A DNA stretch of 64,000 nucleotides from an uncultured virus (IMG/VR IMGVR_UViG_3300023274_000001) (lineage: Duplodnaviria; Heunggongvirae; Uroviricota; Caudoviricetes), in IMG/VR virus record IMGVR_UViG_3300023274_000001, positions 96,001 to 160,000 of that record, one strand, 5' to 3'. How positions within the stretch are numbered: position 1 is the first letter of the stretch; the number at the start of each line of letters is the position of its first letter. The translations under genes were made by a program, and so were the position numbers. Positions 47,419 to 57,093 of the stretch are shown here, in pieces. The notes beneath the pieces were generated by a model. That model did no database searches. It had not been told where the DNA came from and saw nothing but the letters and a program-made list of their open reading frames with translations.

Positions 47419-47666
47419 AGGGCATGGACGGTCTGATCACCACGGCGGTGGCCCGGCTGCACGAGGACGAGCTGGAGACGCGACGCCGCTGGGCCGAGCG
47501 CATCCGGGAGGAGTTCGGGAAGTACCACGAGCACTCGGCCGACGGTGGCGAGTGCGGCGCCTGCGGGGCGATCCAGGGAGCGAACTGGATGGACCCGGAC
47601 TACGTCAAGGACGGCCCGCAGGCCGAGCCGTTCGGAACCTGGAAGGACCGGCAGCCGCAGACGTGA
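47415..47666 (+). CDS. hypothetical protein
   Basis: ATGA overlap. Confidence 0.7.
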   Translation: MKGMDGLITTAVARLHEDELETRRRWAERIREEFGKYHEHSADGGECGACGAIQGANWMDPDYVKDGPQAEPFGTWKDRQPQT

Positions 47667-47755
47667 CCTGACCCAAGGCCGAAACCCCGCAGCCAGTGGG
47701 GTCGCAGCATGGAGTGCTGCCTGACGATGGCCGTCAGCGAGAGGAAGGGGAAGCC

Positions 47756-47962
47756 GTGCGGAAGAGGGATTCCACGGCAGACGAGGTCTACGACTGGGCG
47801 GTGAAGCAGGAGCTTCCCGCGCCGGATGCCTTCGCCATGCGGTACTGGGATCTCGCCGGAGCAACGATCCGGCTGGGACTGGCTGCCGCGCTCTGGCGTC
47901 GGCAGGTCAAGAACGGCACCACGGGATTCCCGCTGGTGGACGGGGATCGAACGGACTCGTAA
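47756..47962 (+). CDS. hypothetical protein
   Basis: RBS. Confidence 0.55.
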   Translation: MRKRDSTADEVYDWAVKQELPAPDAFAMRYWDLAGATIRLGLAAALWRRQVKNGTTGFPLVDGDRTDS

Positions 47963-48010
47963 GCGGTACGGAATACGAGCGAAGCAGTTCGGAAGGGATG
48001 AGGAAGAGGC

Positions 48011-48487
48011 ATGGAAGTCACGGAACCGAAGCGCGGTGACAAGGTCGTCCACCAGGGGCGAATCCGGACGATCGAGGGGTTCGACGAGGACCACGGGACC
48101 CACCTCGGGATGGGGACCTGGATCTCGATCAACGAGTACGAGAAGAACAGCGACGATGTGTGGGTTCGCACCGATTCGCCCCGTACGTACCTGATCGGCG
48201 AGCACTACGAGAACTACCGGTCCTCCCGTAAGGGAGTCGCGGTGATCCGACCTGCCGTCTACCAGAAGGGCAGCACGGAGAAGGTCATCACCACCTCTCC
48301 CTGCTGCACCATGAACGTCCGGCACCTCAACTACGCCGACGTCAGTTCGGACCTGGCCCGGAAGACCGGCGGGTGGAGCGAGACGTGCACGCAGTGCGGC
48401 TGGCATTACACGGTCTCCCTCGTGTCCCAGACCAATGACCCCCGCCTCGGCCTGTACGGCGTGCGCTGGGAGTCCAAGGGGTTCTGA
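48011..48487 (+). CDS. hypothetical protein with zinc ribbon
   Basis: SPCC...CTQC. Confidence 0.8.
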   Translation: MEVTEPKRGDKVVHQGRIRTIEGFDEDHGTHLGMGTWISINEYEKNSDDVWVRTDSPRTYLIGEHYENYRSSRKGVAVIRPAVYQKGSTEKVITTSPCCTMNVRHLNYADVSSDLARKTGGWSETCTQCGWHYTVSLVSQTNDPRLGLYGVRWESKGF

Positions 48488-48490
48488 ATC

Positions 48491-48976
48491 ATGACGAACA
48501 TGGACAACCTCACGGACCCCACACGCATTCGCGAAGCGGAGCGGCTGGGCGAAAAGCTCCTGCCGGGCATGTCGTTCGAGGACCGCCTGAAGGTAGCCGA
48601 AGTCGCCCTGTCGAACTACGGGCGCGTCGCGCAGACCTACCCGGTGGATCACGAGCGGGTCCGCACGGATATCTCACGTGAACTGCGGATGCTGGCCAAC
48701 GAGGGCGAACGGTGGGCTGGACAGGCACTCCTGGTCTACGTCTGCAAGGTCTGCTTCGACAGCCGGGCCGAGATGTACGAGCCGGTCGGGCACCGTGCGG
48801 TGTGCGGGGTGGTCAACATTCATCACGCCGTCCGGGGGCTGATGTACCACCGGGCCTCCAGGGTCCAGTACTACGGCGGATCGTGGGACCTGAATGTGTA
48901 CTTCTCTCAGTGCGGCCTCACCAACCTGGTCAACGGCAGCAGGGGTTCGGTCCCCTGCCCTGAATGCTTCCGATAG
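48491..48976 (+). CDS. hypothetical protein with Cys motifs
   Basis: CKVC, CPEC. Confidence 0.75.
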   Translation: MTNMDNLTDPTRIREAERLGEKLLPGMSFEDRLKVAEVALSNYGRVAQTYPVDHERVRTDISRELRMLANEGERWAGQALLVYVCKVCFDSRAEMYEPVGHRAVCGVVNIHHAVRGLMYHRASRVQYYGGSWDLNVYFSQCGLTNLVNGSRGSVPCPECFR

Positions 48977-48988
48977 GGGTGAATCGGT

Positions 48989-49513
48989 ATGAACCAGCAA
49001 GAAGCGGAGATCTTCGACGTTGACGGCACGCTGTGCAACGTCACCAGCGTCCGGCACTACGTCACCCCTCCGAACCGGGACTTCCACTCCTTCCACATGG
49101 CTTCCGCGTTCTGCCCGCCGAACCCGGAGGTGGTCGAGCGAGTGCACGAGGCCAAGGCGAAGGGCCGGGCCGCCATCGTGGTGACCGCCCGCATGGCCAG
49201 GTACCGGACCCTCACCCGGAAGTGGCTCCAGAGCTGCGAGATTCCGTTCGACAGCCTCTGGATGCGGGCGAACGACGACTTCCGCAAAGACGCGATCGTG
49301 AAGCGGGAGATCCTGGCGAAGATCCGGGCCAACGGGTTCGTCGTGGTGAAGGCGTACGACGACAACCCGGCCGTGACCGTGGTGTGGGAAGACGAGGGGA
49401 TCGAGACTGTGGTCGTGCCCGGGTGGGACGACCAGTTCACCGGCCTCCTGTTGCCGCAGGACGGCCTCACCGTGGTCCGGGAAACCGGCCACACCGGAGA
49501 GGGGAAGCAGTGA
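48989..49513 (+). CDS. HAD phosphatase, T4 PNK/PseT 3'-phosphatase type
   Basis: FDVDGTL, VTAR, MR..DFRKD.IVK, YDDNP. Confidence 0.88.
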   Translation: MNQQEAEIFDVDGTLCNVTSVRHYVTPPNRDFHSFHMASAFCPPNPEVVERVHEAKAKGRAAIVVTARMARYRTLTRKWLQSCEIPFDSLWMRANDDFRKDAIVKREILAKIRANGFVVVKAYDDNPAVTVVWEDEGIETVVVPGWDDQFTGLLLPQDGLTVVRETGHTGEGKQ

Positions 49514-49782
49514 GCATCACCATCAAGCCGCTGGGAAAGCGGCCCGACTACTTCGACGGCGAGTTCGAGGCGACCGAGATCCGCCACGAGCCCACTGGGT
49601 GGGACACCTGGCCCACGGGCCCCGTCTTCCCCGAGGGACACATCTTCCAGGACAGGAGTGGCAACGCCTACGAGGTGATCGTCCCGCGCACCGTCGAGGA
49701 GGAGCCCTCCGGCATGGCCGGTCACGTTCGCTACGTCCACGTGTACACCTGCCGTCCGGCCGACCCGAAGGATGCCGCCTGA
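49510..49782 (+). CDS. hypothetical protein
   Basis: GTGA overlap. Confidence 0.7.
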   Translation: MSITIKPLGKRPDYFDGEFEATEIRHEPTGWDTWPTGPVFPEGHIFQDRSGNAYEVIVPRTVEEEPSGMAGHVRYVHVYTCRPADPKDAA

Positions 49783-50273
49783 TGCTCTCGATCACGGATG
49801 TACTGACCCTCATGGCGGAAGGCGAGACGCTTCCGCAGGAGAAGTTCCCGCCGCTCACCGACGAGCAGATCGAAGACGTCCAGAACTTCGAACCAGTCCT
49901 CCTGAACCGCCTTCTCGACGCAGAAGGCGCCAGCAAGGACCCGGTGGACACCGTCATGGACGGCCTGCGCGAGAAGACGGCACAGCACGGCTGGTACCCG
50001 GTGGTCGCAGTTCTCTGCGTGACGTTCTCCCACCGGTACCGCGAGGACATGGTCCCGGCGAACCTCCAGCTCTCCGACGACACGATGGGCCTGCTCGGGA
50101 TGCTCCCCATCGCCGGTCGCTCGATGAAGGAGGACGAGGGCGCCTGGACGATCCCGCTCGCCATGCTGGCCGGTCTCGGCGAGGAGGGGGCCATGGAGTT
50201 CACGGCCTGCGCCGCCATGTGCGCGGCCGTCGGGTTCATCGAGACCGCCCTGGAACAGGAGGCGAGGGCGTGA
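49782..50273 (+). CDS. hypothetical protein
   Basis: TGATG coupling. Confidence 0.75.
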   Translation: MLSITDVLTLMAEGETLPQEKFPPLTDEQIEDVQNFEPVLLNRLLDAEGASKDPVDTVMDGLREKTAQHGWYPVVAVLCVTFSHRYREDMVPANLQLSDDTMGLLGMLPIAGRSMKEDEGAWTIPLAMLAGLGEEGAMEFTACAAMCAAVGFIETALEQEARA

Positions 50274-50695
50274 ACGACGAGGACACCTACCTCTGCCCGA
50301 CCTGCGGCAAGCCGTTCGACAAGGGCGACCGGCTCTTCGACTTCGCCATCGCGGCGCACGAGAAGGATCACACGCCGCAGCGCAACAACCCGGCGAACAT
50401 GATCCGCTGGAACGAGGACGGCCTGATGTGGTGCTGCATCCTGTGCGGCGCCCCGATCCACATCGGCGAGTACACGGCTCGGCAGATGATCATCGGTCAC
50501 TGCCGGGTGGTGCACGACTCGGTGACCGGAGGCTCCTCTTCCGCCCCTGTTACGGCCAGGGGCGGCCGGGGATCCAGTGGCTCGCGAGGCTTCGGTGAAG
50601 CAGTGGGCGACATCGTCGAGGACGCCGCCGAGGGTATCGGCAAGGTCTTCAAGGCCATCGGCAACGCCGTCGGCGATATCAACCCCTTCGACTAG
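50270..50695 (+). CDS. tandem C2H2-like zinc finger protein
   Basis: YLCPTCGKPF...HEKDH and CILC...HCRVVH. Confidence 0.7.
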   Translation: MNDEDTYLCPTCGKPFDKGDRLFDFAIAAHEKDHTPQRNNPANMIRWNEDGLMWCCILCGAPIHIGEYTARQMIIGHCRVVHDSVTGGSSSAPVTARGGRGSSGSRGFGEAVGDIVEDAAEGIGKVFKAIGNAVGDINPFD

Positions 50696-50710
50696 CCGAG
50701 GGACATTCAA

Positions 50711-50764
50711 GTGGTGGCCGTCTCGACCGTCGTCTTGACGGCCACCACCTCCATCGTGTTCTAT
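50711..50764 (+). promoter_or_regulatory. inverted repeat overlapping TTGACG -35
   Basis: GTGGTGGCCGTC ... GACGGCCACCAC; TTGACG 50735. Confidence 0.55.
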
Positions 50765-50795
50765 GTAGTCACCCACCCGGAAAGGTGAGAGAAAA

Positions 50796-51908
50796 GTGGC
50801 ACGAGAAGAGAACCTTTCGACCATCGAGAGGATGCTGGGATTCGAGTTCGTCTCGGACCCCCGCAAGGCCCGGTTCCCGATCCCGGAGACCCCCAAGGAG
50901 TACCTGGAGAAGAACCCCGAGCGTCCGTACCCGCACCCCTCCATGAAGATCACCCCGGAGATGGCACGTGACGTGCTGAAGTACCGGGTGATCCGTGTCG
51001 AGCGGATGCCGCGCGAGCTGCGCCACCCCGAGGTGACGGCCAACCGCCGCTTCCTCATCACGACGCTCAACGGCACGAAGAAGAGCAAGGGCCTGGTCTC
51101 CATCGTCGCCGACGGCGGCTGGGACGACCGGATCTCCACCTCCGTCGTCTTCACGGAGGACGGCTTCCTGCTCGACGGCCAGCACCGGTTCGCCGCGTGC
51201 GCCCTGTCGGGGAAGACGATCGAGGTCCCCGTCACCACCAACGGGCAGTGGGGCACGTTCTCCGTGCTCGACACCGGTCGGGGCCGCAACGCCGGTCAGC
51301 TCCTCGGCGACATCCCCTACCCGGACCAGTCGGCCGCCGCCGCCAAGCTCATCCTCCCGGTCATCCGGGGCACCGAGCGCACCGAGTGGGCCGTCACCGA
51401 CGCCAGCAACCAGGAGATCTACGAGCTGGTTCACGGCTGGCCCTTCTTCCACGAGACGTGGGAAGGCTCCGGCTCCTGGATGAAGCACGTGCTCCAGGCG
51501 GCGGCCAGCCGGATCCCGCCGAGTGCGCTGGCGGCATCCGTCATGATGGCACTGGCGGCCGGTGCCAACGCCTCGCACGTCCAGGAGTTCCTGAACGGCC
51601 TGAAGCCGGGCTACCGCGACGGCTTCCCCCGGATCGGGCCGAAGGGTGAGGACCCGCGTCACCTGCTCCGCCGCCAGTACATGAACAAGGGCAACCGGAA
51701 GCCCACCGACAAGGACCGCCGCGACCAGGTCAGCCACGTCCGCAAGGCGATGGACGTCTGGCTGGAGTGGAGGGCCCACGAGGAGGGTGACCCGAAGGCG
51801 AAGGTCGTCGAGCTGCTGAAGCTCCAGGCCGCCGCCGAGAACGCCGACCTGCCCGAGGTCTGGCACGCCGATGCCGTTCGCAAGTTCCACAGTGAGAGGG
51901 TTTCCTGA
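50796..51908 (+). other. ParB/Srx-like N-terminal domain protein (LLDGQHR)
   Basis: ITPEMA..L...NR...LLDGQHRFAA...LDTGRGR. Confidence 0.75.
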
Positions 51909-51910
51909 AC

Positions 51911-52321
51911 ATGGCCGAGATCTGGCTGCGTCCCGAGTTCCAGGGTCGCGAGAAGGAGCTGGAGACCCGGGTCGACTTCGAGCGGCGTACGGGCATCTCC
52001 GCCCAGTCCCTGTCCTCCAAGTTCTCCAACTACGCCGACCGGCTGCCGAAGCTGGTCAAGCGCAACGGCAAGCTGAAGTACTTCGTCGCCGCCGAACTCG
52101 ACGAGTTCGTGGGCTGGATCGAGGCCAACGCGGGCACCCGCTCCGAGGCTGACGTCCGCCGCGCTGAGCTGGCCCGGGTGCAGAACGCGATCGAGGACAC
52201 CGTGGAGCGCGTCGCCGACCGGCAGCGCGACCTCGACAAGGCGAAGCGCGACCTGGCCAAGTACCAGCGTCAGGCGAAGGGCCTGAAGTCCGACATCGAG
52301 TTCCTGGATCAGGTCGAGTAA
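51911..52321 (+). CDS. putative excisionase-like HTH plus coiled coil
   Basis: FERRTGIS...KYFVAAELDEF, then heptad repeats. Confidence 0.7.
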   Translation: MAEIWLRPEFQGREKELETRVDFERRTGISAQSLSSKFSNYADRLPKLVKRNGKLKYFVAAELDEFVGWIEANAGTRSEADVRRAELARVQNAIEDTVERVADRQRDLDKAKRDLAKYQRQAKGLKSDIEFLDQVE

Positions 52322-52362
52322 CACCACAGGATCCAGTCGCTTTTCGGTGGCTGGCGAGCAGC

Positions 52363-52391
52363 AAAAGAGGGCCCCTCTGGGGCCCTCTTTT
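52363..52391. terminator. intrinsic terminator, likely bidirectional
   Basis: AAAAGAGGGCCCC-TCT-GGGGCCCTCTTTT. Confidence 0.8.
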
Positions 52392-52426
52392 CGTGGTACC
52401 GTATTGCTCAAGGGAAGGAGAATACC

Positions 52427-52627
52427 GTGGAGTTCACGGTCGAGGTATTCGACTACGGACGGTATGGCTGCACGGTGAAGGAGCCCCGCACGGGGCTCTC
52501 TGGTGAGGGTGACACCAAGGAAGAAGCGATGGACGATCTCCGGAGGAAGCTCTGGAGCCACATCGAGTACGACTTCGTCCCGCCCGAAGAGGGTCCGACC
52601 CGCAGCATCGAGAAGATCACCATCTGA
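52427..52627 (+). CDS. HicB-like antitoxin domain
   Basis: GLSGEGDTKEEAMDDL. Confidence 0.65.
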   Translation: MEFTVEVFDYGRYGCTVKEPRTGLSGEGDTKEEAMDDLRRKLWSHIEYDFVPPEEGPTRSIEKITI

Positions 52628-52638
52628 AGGAGACCGTC

Positions 52639-52926
52639 ATGTACACCCTGGTCAGGCATAACCTCTGGACGATCGAATGCTTCCCCCTCTTCCGACGAGG
52701 GCTGGAGCCGCTGCTCATCAGCCAGATGGCGGCGCGGCGTGTGCGCGAGGAGGGCGGAGTCCTCTTCAGCACTCCGGAGGAGGCGTGGGACGCGGCCGAG
52801 GGGTTCATGTACCCGACCGGGGACATGACGGCTCCGGCCAATCCGGTCGGATCTTTCAAGGACATCTTCTTCCTGCGCCAGCCGCTTTTCGTTCCGGAAT
52901 TTTCGGGCGATCTCATCGCGGCATAG
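52639..52926 (+). CDS. hypothetical protein
   Basis: RBS. Confidence 0.7.
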   Translation: MYTLVRHNLWTIECFPLFRRGLEPLLISQMAARRVREEGGVLFSTPEEAWDAAEGFMYPTGDMTAPANPVGSFKDIFFLRQPLFVPEFSGDLIAA

Positions 52927-52996
52927 GCTGGGTGCAGGTGCAGGTCAACGCGGGTAACATCCTGCACTGTTTCCGGCAGTGAGGGAGTTGAGCAAA

Positions 52997-53467
52997 ATGG
53001 CACGCGTTCACGGTGTATATCTCAGGAAGCCCCCGAAGGGCCCATCGTCCTACACCTCGAAGGAAGCGGCACTGGCCGCTTCGCCCACGCTGGTCGTGCC
53101 GGATGCGGCCTTCCCGAAGAACAAGGTCGAGTCGGTCAGGAACGCGGCCTTCCGGGTGAACTCGGGAGGCCGTGGGGACTGGTCGCCGGGCCAGTTCTTC
53201 GCCATCTGGGACTACGCGCAGGACGTCGTTCTGCGCGTGCGGCGGGACGAGGACGGTGACGGACCTGTCGAGGTCATCGGCTTCGCCAAGGAGGGCGAGG
53301 TGATCGGGAGCACCGGAGAGTCCATCGGCTCCCTGGAAACGGTCCTGAAGGAAGAGGGCGTCGAGACCGGCGGATGGGTGCTGCTGATCGGTATCCACCC
53401 GAACGTGCCCGAGGGCTGGGAAGAAGTGGTGAGCGCGCCGGGCAGCCGGAAGCGCAAGAAGAGCTGA
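52997..53467 (+). CDS. hypothetical protein
   Basis: RBS. Confidence 0.75.
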   Translation: MARVHGVYLRKPPKGPSSYTSKEAALAASPTLVVPDAAFPKNKVESVRNAAFRVNSGGRGDWSPGQFFAIWDYAQDVVLRVRRDEDGDGPVEVIGFAKEGEVIGSTGESIGSLETVLKEEGVETGGWVLLIGIHPNVPEGWEEVVSAPGSRKRKKS

Positions 53468-53506
53468 AAGGCGGGGCCTTGCACGGCCCCGCCACGGAAA
53501 GGGGAC

Positions 53507-53674
53507 ATGGTGGAAACGCGCGTTGTGATCAGGGACAACGGGTCCGAGAAGACGATCGAGCTGATCGCCGATCTCACCCCGGAAGACGCCAAGGTGATCA
53601 ACGAGATCGGTGAACGGGTGGCGCAGGGCACCGGCTGGGATGTGACGGTCCTGGCGGTTGAGGTGGAGGAGTGA
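53507..53674 (+). CDS. 55-aa protein
   Basis: RBS; MVETRVVIRD. Confidence 0.7.
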   Translation: MVETRVVIRDNGSEKTIELIADLTPEDAKVINEIGERVAQGTGWDVTVLAVEVEE

Positions 53675-54183
53675 ACCTCGATCCTCACGAGCTGGGCTGG
53701 CACGAGTTCTGGCTGAGGATCGGGGTGATCTCCTTCGCGCTGTTGCTCCTGTTGCTGGTGGCACTGGTCGTGGGCCGGATCCTGCTGACGGCCTACGACC
53801 TGGCCCGTTGGGTGAAGAGGAAGATCCACGGAAAGGAAGAAGAGATGTCGCCCGTACGTATGCACCGGGCCCTGCTGAAGCTGGTCCCGTCCTCCCATCG
53901 GGGGCAGGCGGAGAAGCTGCTGAAGGGCCTTCTGGCGGCCGACGGGGACGGCCGTGAGGTCTTCGTCGCCGAGTACGACGGCCAGCCCGCCAGCGTCCAC
54001 GTGAGCCCCGAGGCGGCGATGGGAGCCTGTGCCCGCCACCTGTCGGCCGAGCCGGGACCCGACATCCCCTGGGACTGGTTCGAAGACGAGTTCGGCTGGG
54101 TGATGCGCCGGATCGACCTGGACACCGACAAGCCGCTCAGCCTGCTGGCTGGCAAGGTCACCAGGACCGATGTCGAGCAGTAG
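53671..54183 (+). CDS. membrane protein
   Basis: N-terminal TM helix. Confidence 0.7.
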   Translation: MNLDPHELGWHEFWLRIGVISFALLLLLLVALVVGRILLTAYDLARWVKRKIHGKEEEMSPVRMHRALLKLVPSSHRGQAEKLLKGLLAADGDGREVFVAEYDGQPASVHVSPEAAMGACARHLSAEPGPDIPWDWFEDEFGWVMRRIDLDTDKPLSLLAGKVTRTDVEQ

Positions 54184-54289
54184 CCGAGTCCGGAACGGGG
54201 TCGGGCGGGGTGAATCTCTGAGCTGGATATGAGGTTCAACTTCGCTCAATCACAGTAGAGTTGAGGCACGCCAACGGAAAGAGAAGAAC

Positions 54290-54613
54290 GTGAACGGGAT
54301 GAAGAAGATCGCAACGGTCACCGGCTCGGCTGCTCTGGCCCTGCTCCTGCTGACCGGCTGCGGATCCAACGACAAGCGGGACGTCGAAGGCGTGAAGTCG
54401 ATGGACCCCGACTACATCGAGGTCTACAACAACACCGACGGCCGTCCGAACGTGGTCCTGCTCTGCATCCGGGGCGTCGGCTTCGCCTCGACGACGCGCG
54501 ACTACACCTCGCTCATGCCCATCGAGAGCTGGGACGAGTTCTGCAAGACGAAGATGAAGGAGCGCTCGGTCCAGGACGGCCAGCGCGGCGAGAACGGCAA
54601 CGGTCCGAGCTGA
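54290..54613 (+). CDS. lipoprotein
   Basis: LLLTGC lipobox. Confidence 0.8.
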   Translation: MNGMKKIATVTGSAALALLLLTGCGSNDKRDVEGVKSMDPDYIEVYNNTDGRPNVVLLCIRGVGFASTTRDYTSLMPIESWDEFCKTKMKERSVQDGQRGENGNGPS

Positions 54614-54627
54614 CCGGCCGACGGCAT

Positions 54628-54664
54628 CAAGAAGGGGGCGCTCCTCACGGGGCGCCCCTTCTTG
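54628..54664. terminator. bidirectional terminator between convergent genes
   Basis: CAAGAAGGGGGCGC...GCGCCCCTTCTTG. Confidence 0.75.
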
Positions 54665-54679
54665 CGTTCCGGCTTTCGC

Positions 54680-54970
54680 TCAGATGCCGTGCACCGACAG
54701 GCCGGGGACCCAGAATCGGGTGTCCCCGGCCTCGGTGTGCTGGAGCTGCACACGGTCGGCCAGGACGAGCAGGTCGTCCGCGTGGCGGTACTGCACCGCC
54801 AGCGCCACCAGGAAGGCGCTGTACTCCCGGACGTCGGCCTCCAGGTAGATGCACCCGGTTCCGTTGTCGGGGTGCGGCCCGCGCTGGACCGCCTGCCACG
54901 TCAGGTTGGCGAACGTCAGAGCCCGGCCGACCGCGTCCCGGCTGAGGCTTATACGCGTATCCGAATCCAC
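54680..54970 (-). CDS. hypothetical protein
   Basis: GAGGG RBS on - strand. Confidence 0.65.
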   Translation of the reverse strand: MDSDTRISLSRDAVGRALTFANLTWQAVQRGPHPDNGTGCIYLEADVREYSAFLVALAVQYRHADDLLVLADRVQLQHTEAGDTRFWVPGLSVHGI

Positions 54971-55050
54971 TTTTTACCCTCTCGTTTCTTCTCTTTTCCT
55001 ACCTGTATTCTACTCCTATCCCCTGGTCAGAGCGATAGAAGAGGTTCAAG

Positions 55051-55296
55051 TTGCAACTGCTGAACGTGGTGGAGCAGGAGTTCGAAGGGGCTGCGATGAT
55101 GGTGGCAGTCCCCCAGACCGGCACCCTTCTCCAGGATCCCCACGTGCCCATGCCGTCGCCCCTGCGCGCCTTCCTGTATGCCGCCATCTCCGTGCTCATC
55201 GCCGCCTCCCTGTACATGTGCATCGAGGCGGCCATCATGATCTACGACTTCTACCAGATCATCCAGTGGTTGGGGACGCTCGCGGAGCACTCCTGA
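55051..55296 (+). CDS. small membrane protein
   Basis: Hydrophobic helix; start uncertain. Confidence 0.6.
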   Translation: MQLLNVVEQEFEGAAMMVAVPQTGTLLQDPHVPMPSPLRAFLYAAISVLIAASLYMCIEAAIMIYDFYQIIQWLGTLAEHS

Positions 55297-55561
55297 GACA
55301 CTGCCCGTACGAACCGAAGGGGAGGTCGAGATGGCCGCGCAAGCCAGCTCCAGCGGGTGCAGCAGCACCACGACGGGGATTCGTGGATCCCTGACCGGCC
55401 GCGTCACCCGCGAACCGGTGCGCAACTACTGGCCGGATCACGACATGACCCCGAGGACCGACTTCATCAGCGAGCGGAACCGTACCGCTCTGATGTGGCG
55501 ACTCTGACGTCTCTTTCCCGGTAGGATTTCTCCAGGAAAATGGAGAAGGAAGGACCGGGAA

Positions 55562-56068
55562 ATGGCGAACTGGCCCGAGCCCCACGAGAACGTGAGCGGC
55601 GTGGATCGCACCATCGACGACCTGCTCAGCCTGGACCCGGCAGCCCTGCGCCGCCGGGTCGTCATCCTCGACATCGCCCGGTCTCTGTGGCAGGCGACTC
55701 TGCGGGGGGCCCACAACGAGTACGGCCGGGATGCGTACGAGCGCATGAGCAAGCCGCGCATGGGTGACCTGGTCGTCGAGACGATGGGCATGGCCCACCC
55801 CTCGAAGGCCGACCGTGACGGCAGCACCCTCGCCATCCACAGCTTCGGCATCATGCTCGGCGAGCGGACCGAGTGGGCCTGCACGAACGAGAAGTGGCGC
55901 GAGTACGTTGAGGAGGATCCCGATCTCACCGACGACGACCGGGCCACCGATACGGCGGTCTACGTCCAGTACGGTCCGAAAGCCCAGGACATCTGCCGCT
56001 GGGTGAACTGTTCGATCATCGCCCTGCCGACCGGCATGCTGCACCACACCGCAGATCAGCAGCCCTGA
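55562..56068 (+). CDS. hypothetical protein
   Basis: RBS. Confidence 0.8.
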   Translation: MANWPEPHENVSGVDRTIDDLLSLDPAALRRRVVILDIARSLWQATLRGAHNEYGRDAYERMSKPRMGDLVVETMGMAHPSKADRDGSTLAIHSFGIMLGERTEWACTNEKWREYVEEDPDLTDDDRATDTAVYVQYGPKAQDICRWVNCSIIALPTGMLHHTADQQP

Positions 56069-56236
56069 GTTTTTTCCTCCGGTTCGCGTTTCTCCGGATT
56101 CCTTGCGGCCGACCACTCGGGCGATCGAGAATGAGTGTGCTCACGAGGCGCCTTCACCGACCCGGACTGGCCCCTCCAGAACCCCGCTGCCCGGCTCTTG
56201 CCCAGCCGACTTCACCGGCAGCGGGGTTCGCCCATC

Positions 56237-57001
56237 TCAGCTCACGTCCATGTTCGGGTACCGCTTCTTCACGGCCGCGCGCACCTTGCGCTTGTCCTCG
56301 TCGGACCCGAACTGCTCGACCCGGGACAGGGCGCTGCGGGCCCGAGCCGGGGTGTCGATGGGGTACTTGCGGCCCGGCAGGGCGAAGGCGGAGTCCGGCA
56401 GCTTGTTGCGCTTGTCGGCGTTCAGTGGCGCTTCCTGGAGGTCGCTCTCCCCCATGTAGCTGTACTCGTCCTCGTCGGGGTCGCCGTACTCGTAGTCGTC
56501 GACCGGCGGTTCGGCCATCGGGTCGCCGTACTGGTCCTCGATCGCCTGCTGGAGGTCGTCGAGAGTGTCGCCGTCCACGAACTGGCTGAGCACGGCGAGC
56601 GCCATCCGCGCGTCGTCCTCGCAGGGGAAGGAGGACATGTTCTCGCGCACGAACTCGGCCGCCGCCTCCTTCTGCTCCTCCTCGTCGCCCTCGCCCTTCT
56701 TCTGGAGCCACGGCGGCAGGGCTTCGAGCAGTCCGGACTTCTCCAGGGTGGCGCGCGGCTTGATCTGCGGACTGGTCGCCTCCTGCGCCGTCTCCCAGGG
56801 GCGCTGCGACTCGTCCATGCCGCGCTTGCGGCTGGCCGTCCCGCCGGGGTAGTCGGCCTCCTGCTGGGTCCGGAAGCCGATGCCGTTCCGGGTGAACCGC
56901 TTGTCCTTCACCGCCGTGCGCATGCCCACCGGCATGTCCGAGCTTGCCGCCTCGCGCAGGCCGGTCGTCTTCAGGCTGTGACTGTCGTATCCGTTGGCCA
57001 C
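56237..57001 (-). CDS. acidic protein with C-terminal DUF6582-like domain
   Basis: RNKLPDSAFALPGRKYPIDT..RARSALSR. Confidence 0.75.
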   Translation of the reverse strand: MANGYDSHSLKTTGLREAASSDMPVGMRTAVKDKRFTRNGIGFRTQQEADYPGGTASRKRGMDESQRPWETAQEATSPQIKPRATLEKSGLLEALPPWLQKKGEGDEEEQKEAAAEFVRENMSSFPCEDDARMALAVLSQFVDGDTLDDLQQAIEDQYGDPMAEPPVDDYEYGDPDEDEYSYMGESDLQEAPLNADKRNKLPDSAFALPGRKYPIDTPARARSALSRVEQFGSDEDKRKVRAAVKKRYPNMDVS

Positions 57002-57060
57002 TGCTCCACCTCATTTCCGGGCATGCCCGTATCCAGAAGAGCGTATCTGCGGGAACGACG

Positions 57061-57089
57061 AACGGCCCGCCTCCGAAGAGACGGGCCGC
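57061..57089 (-). terminator. hairpin, copy of element at 57987
   Basis: AACGGCCCGCCTCC...GAGACGGGCCG. Confidence 0.6.
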
Positions 57090-57093
57090 CCTC

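Noticed and set aside
13721-51289. Long - strand ORFs (e.g. 13721-15820, 21693-23891, 49523-51289)
   Set aside because: Antisense shadows of high-GC3 + strand genes; no RBS, Arg/Pro/Gly-rich composition
50796-51908. DGQHR protein as DndB of a phosphorothioation system
   Set aside because: No dnd/ssp genes nearby; motif context fits ParB-like phage proteins
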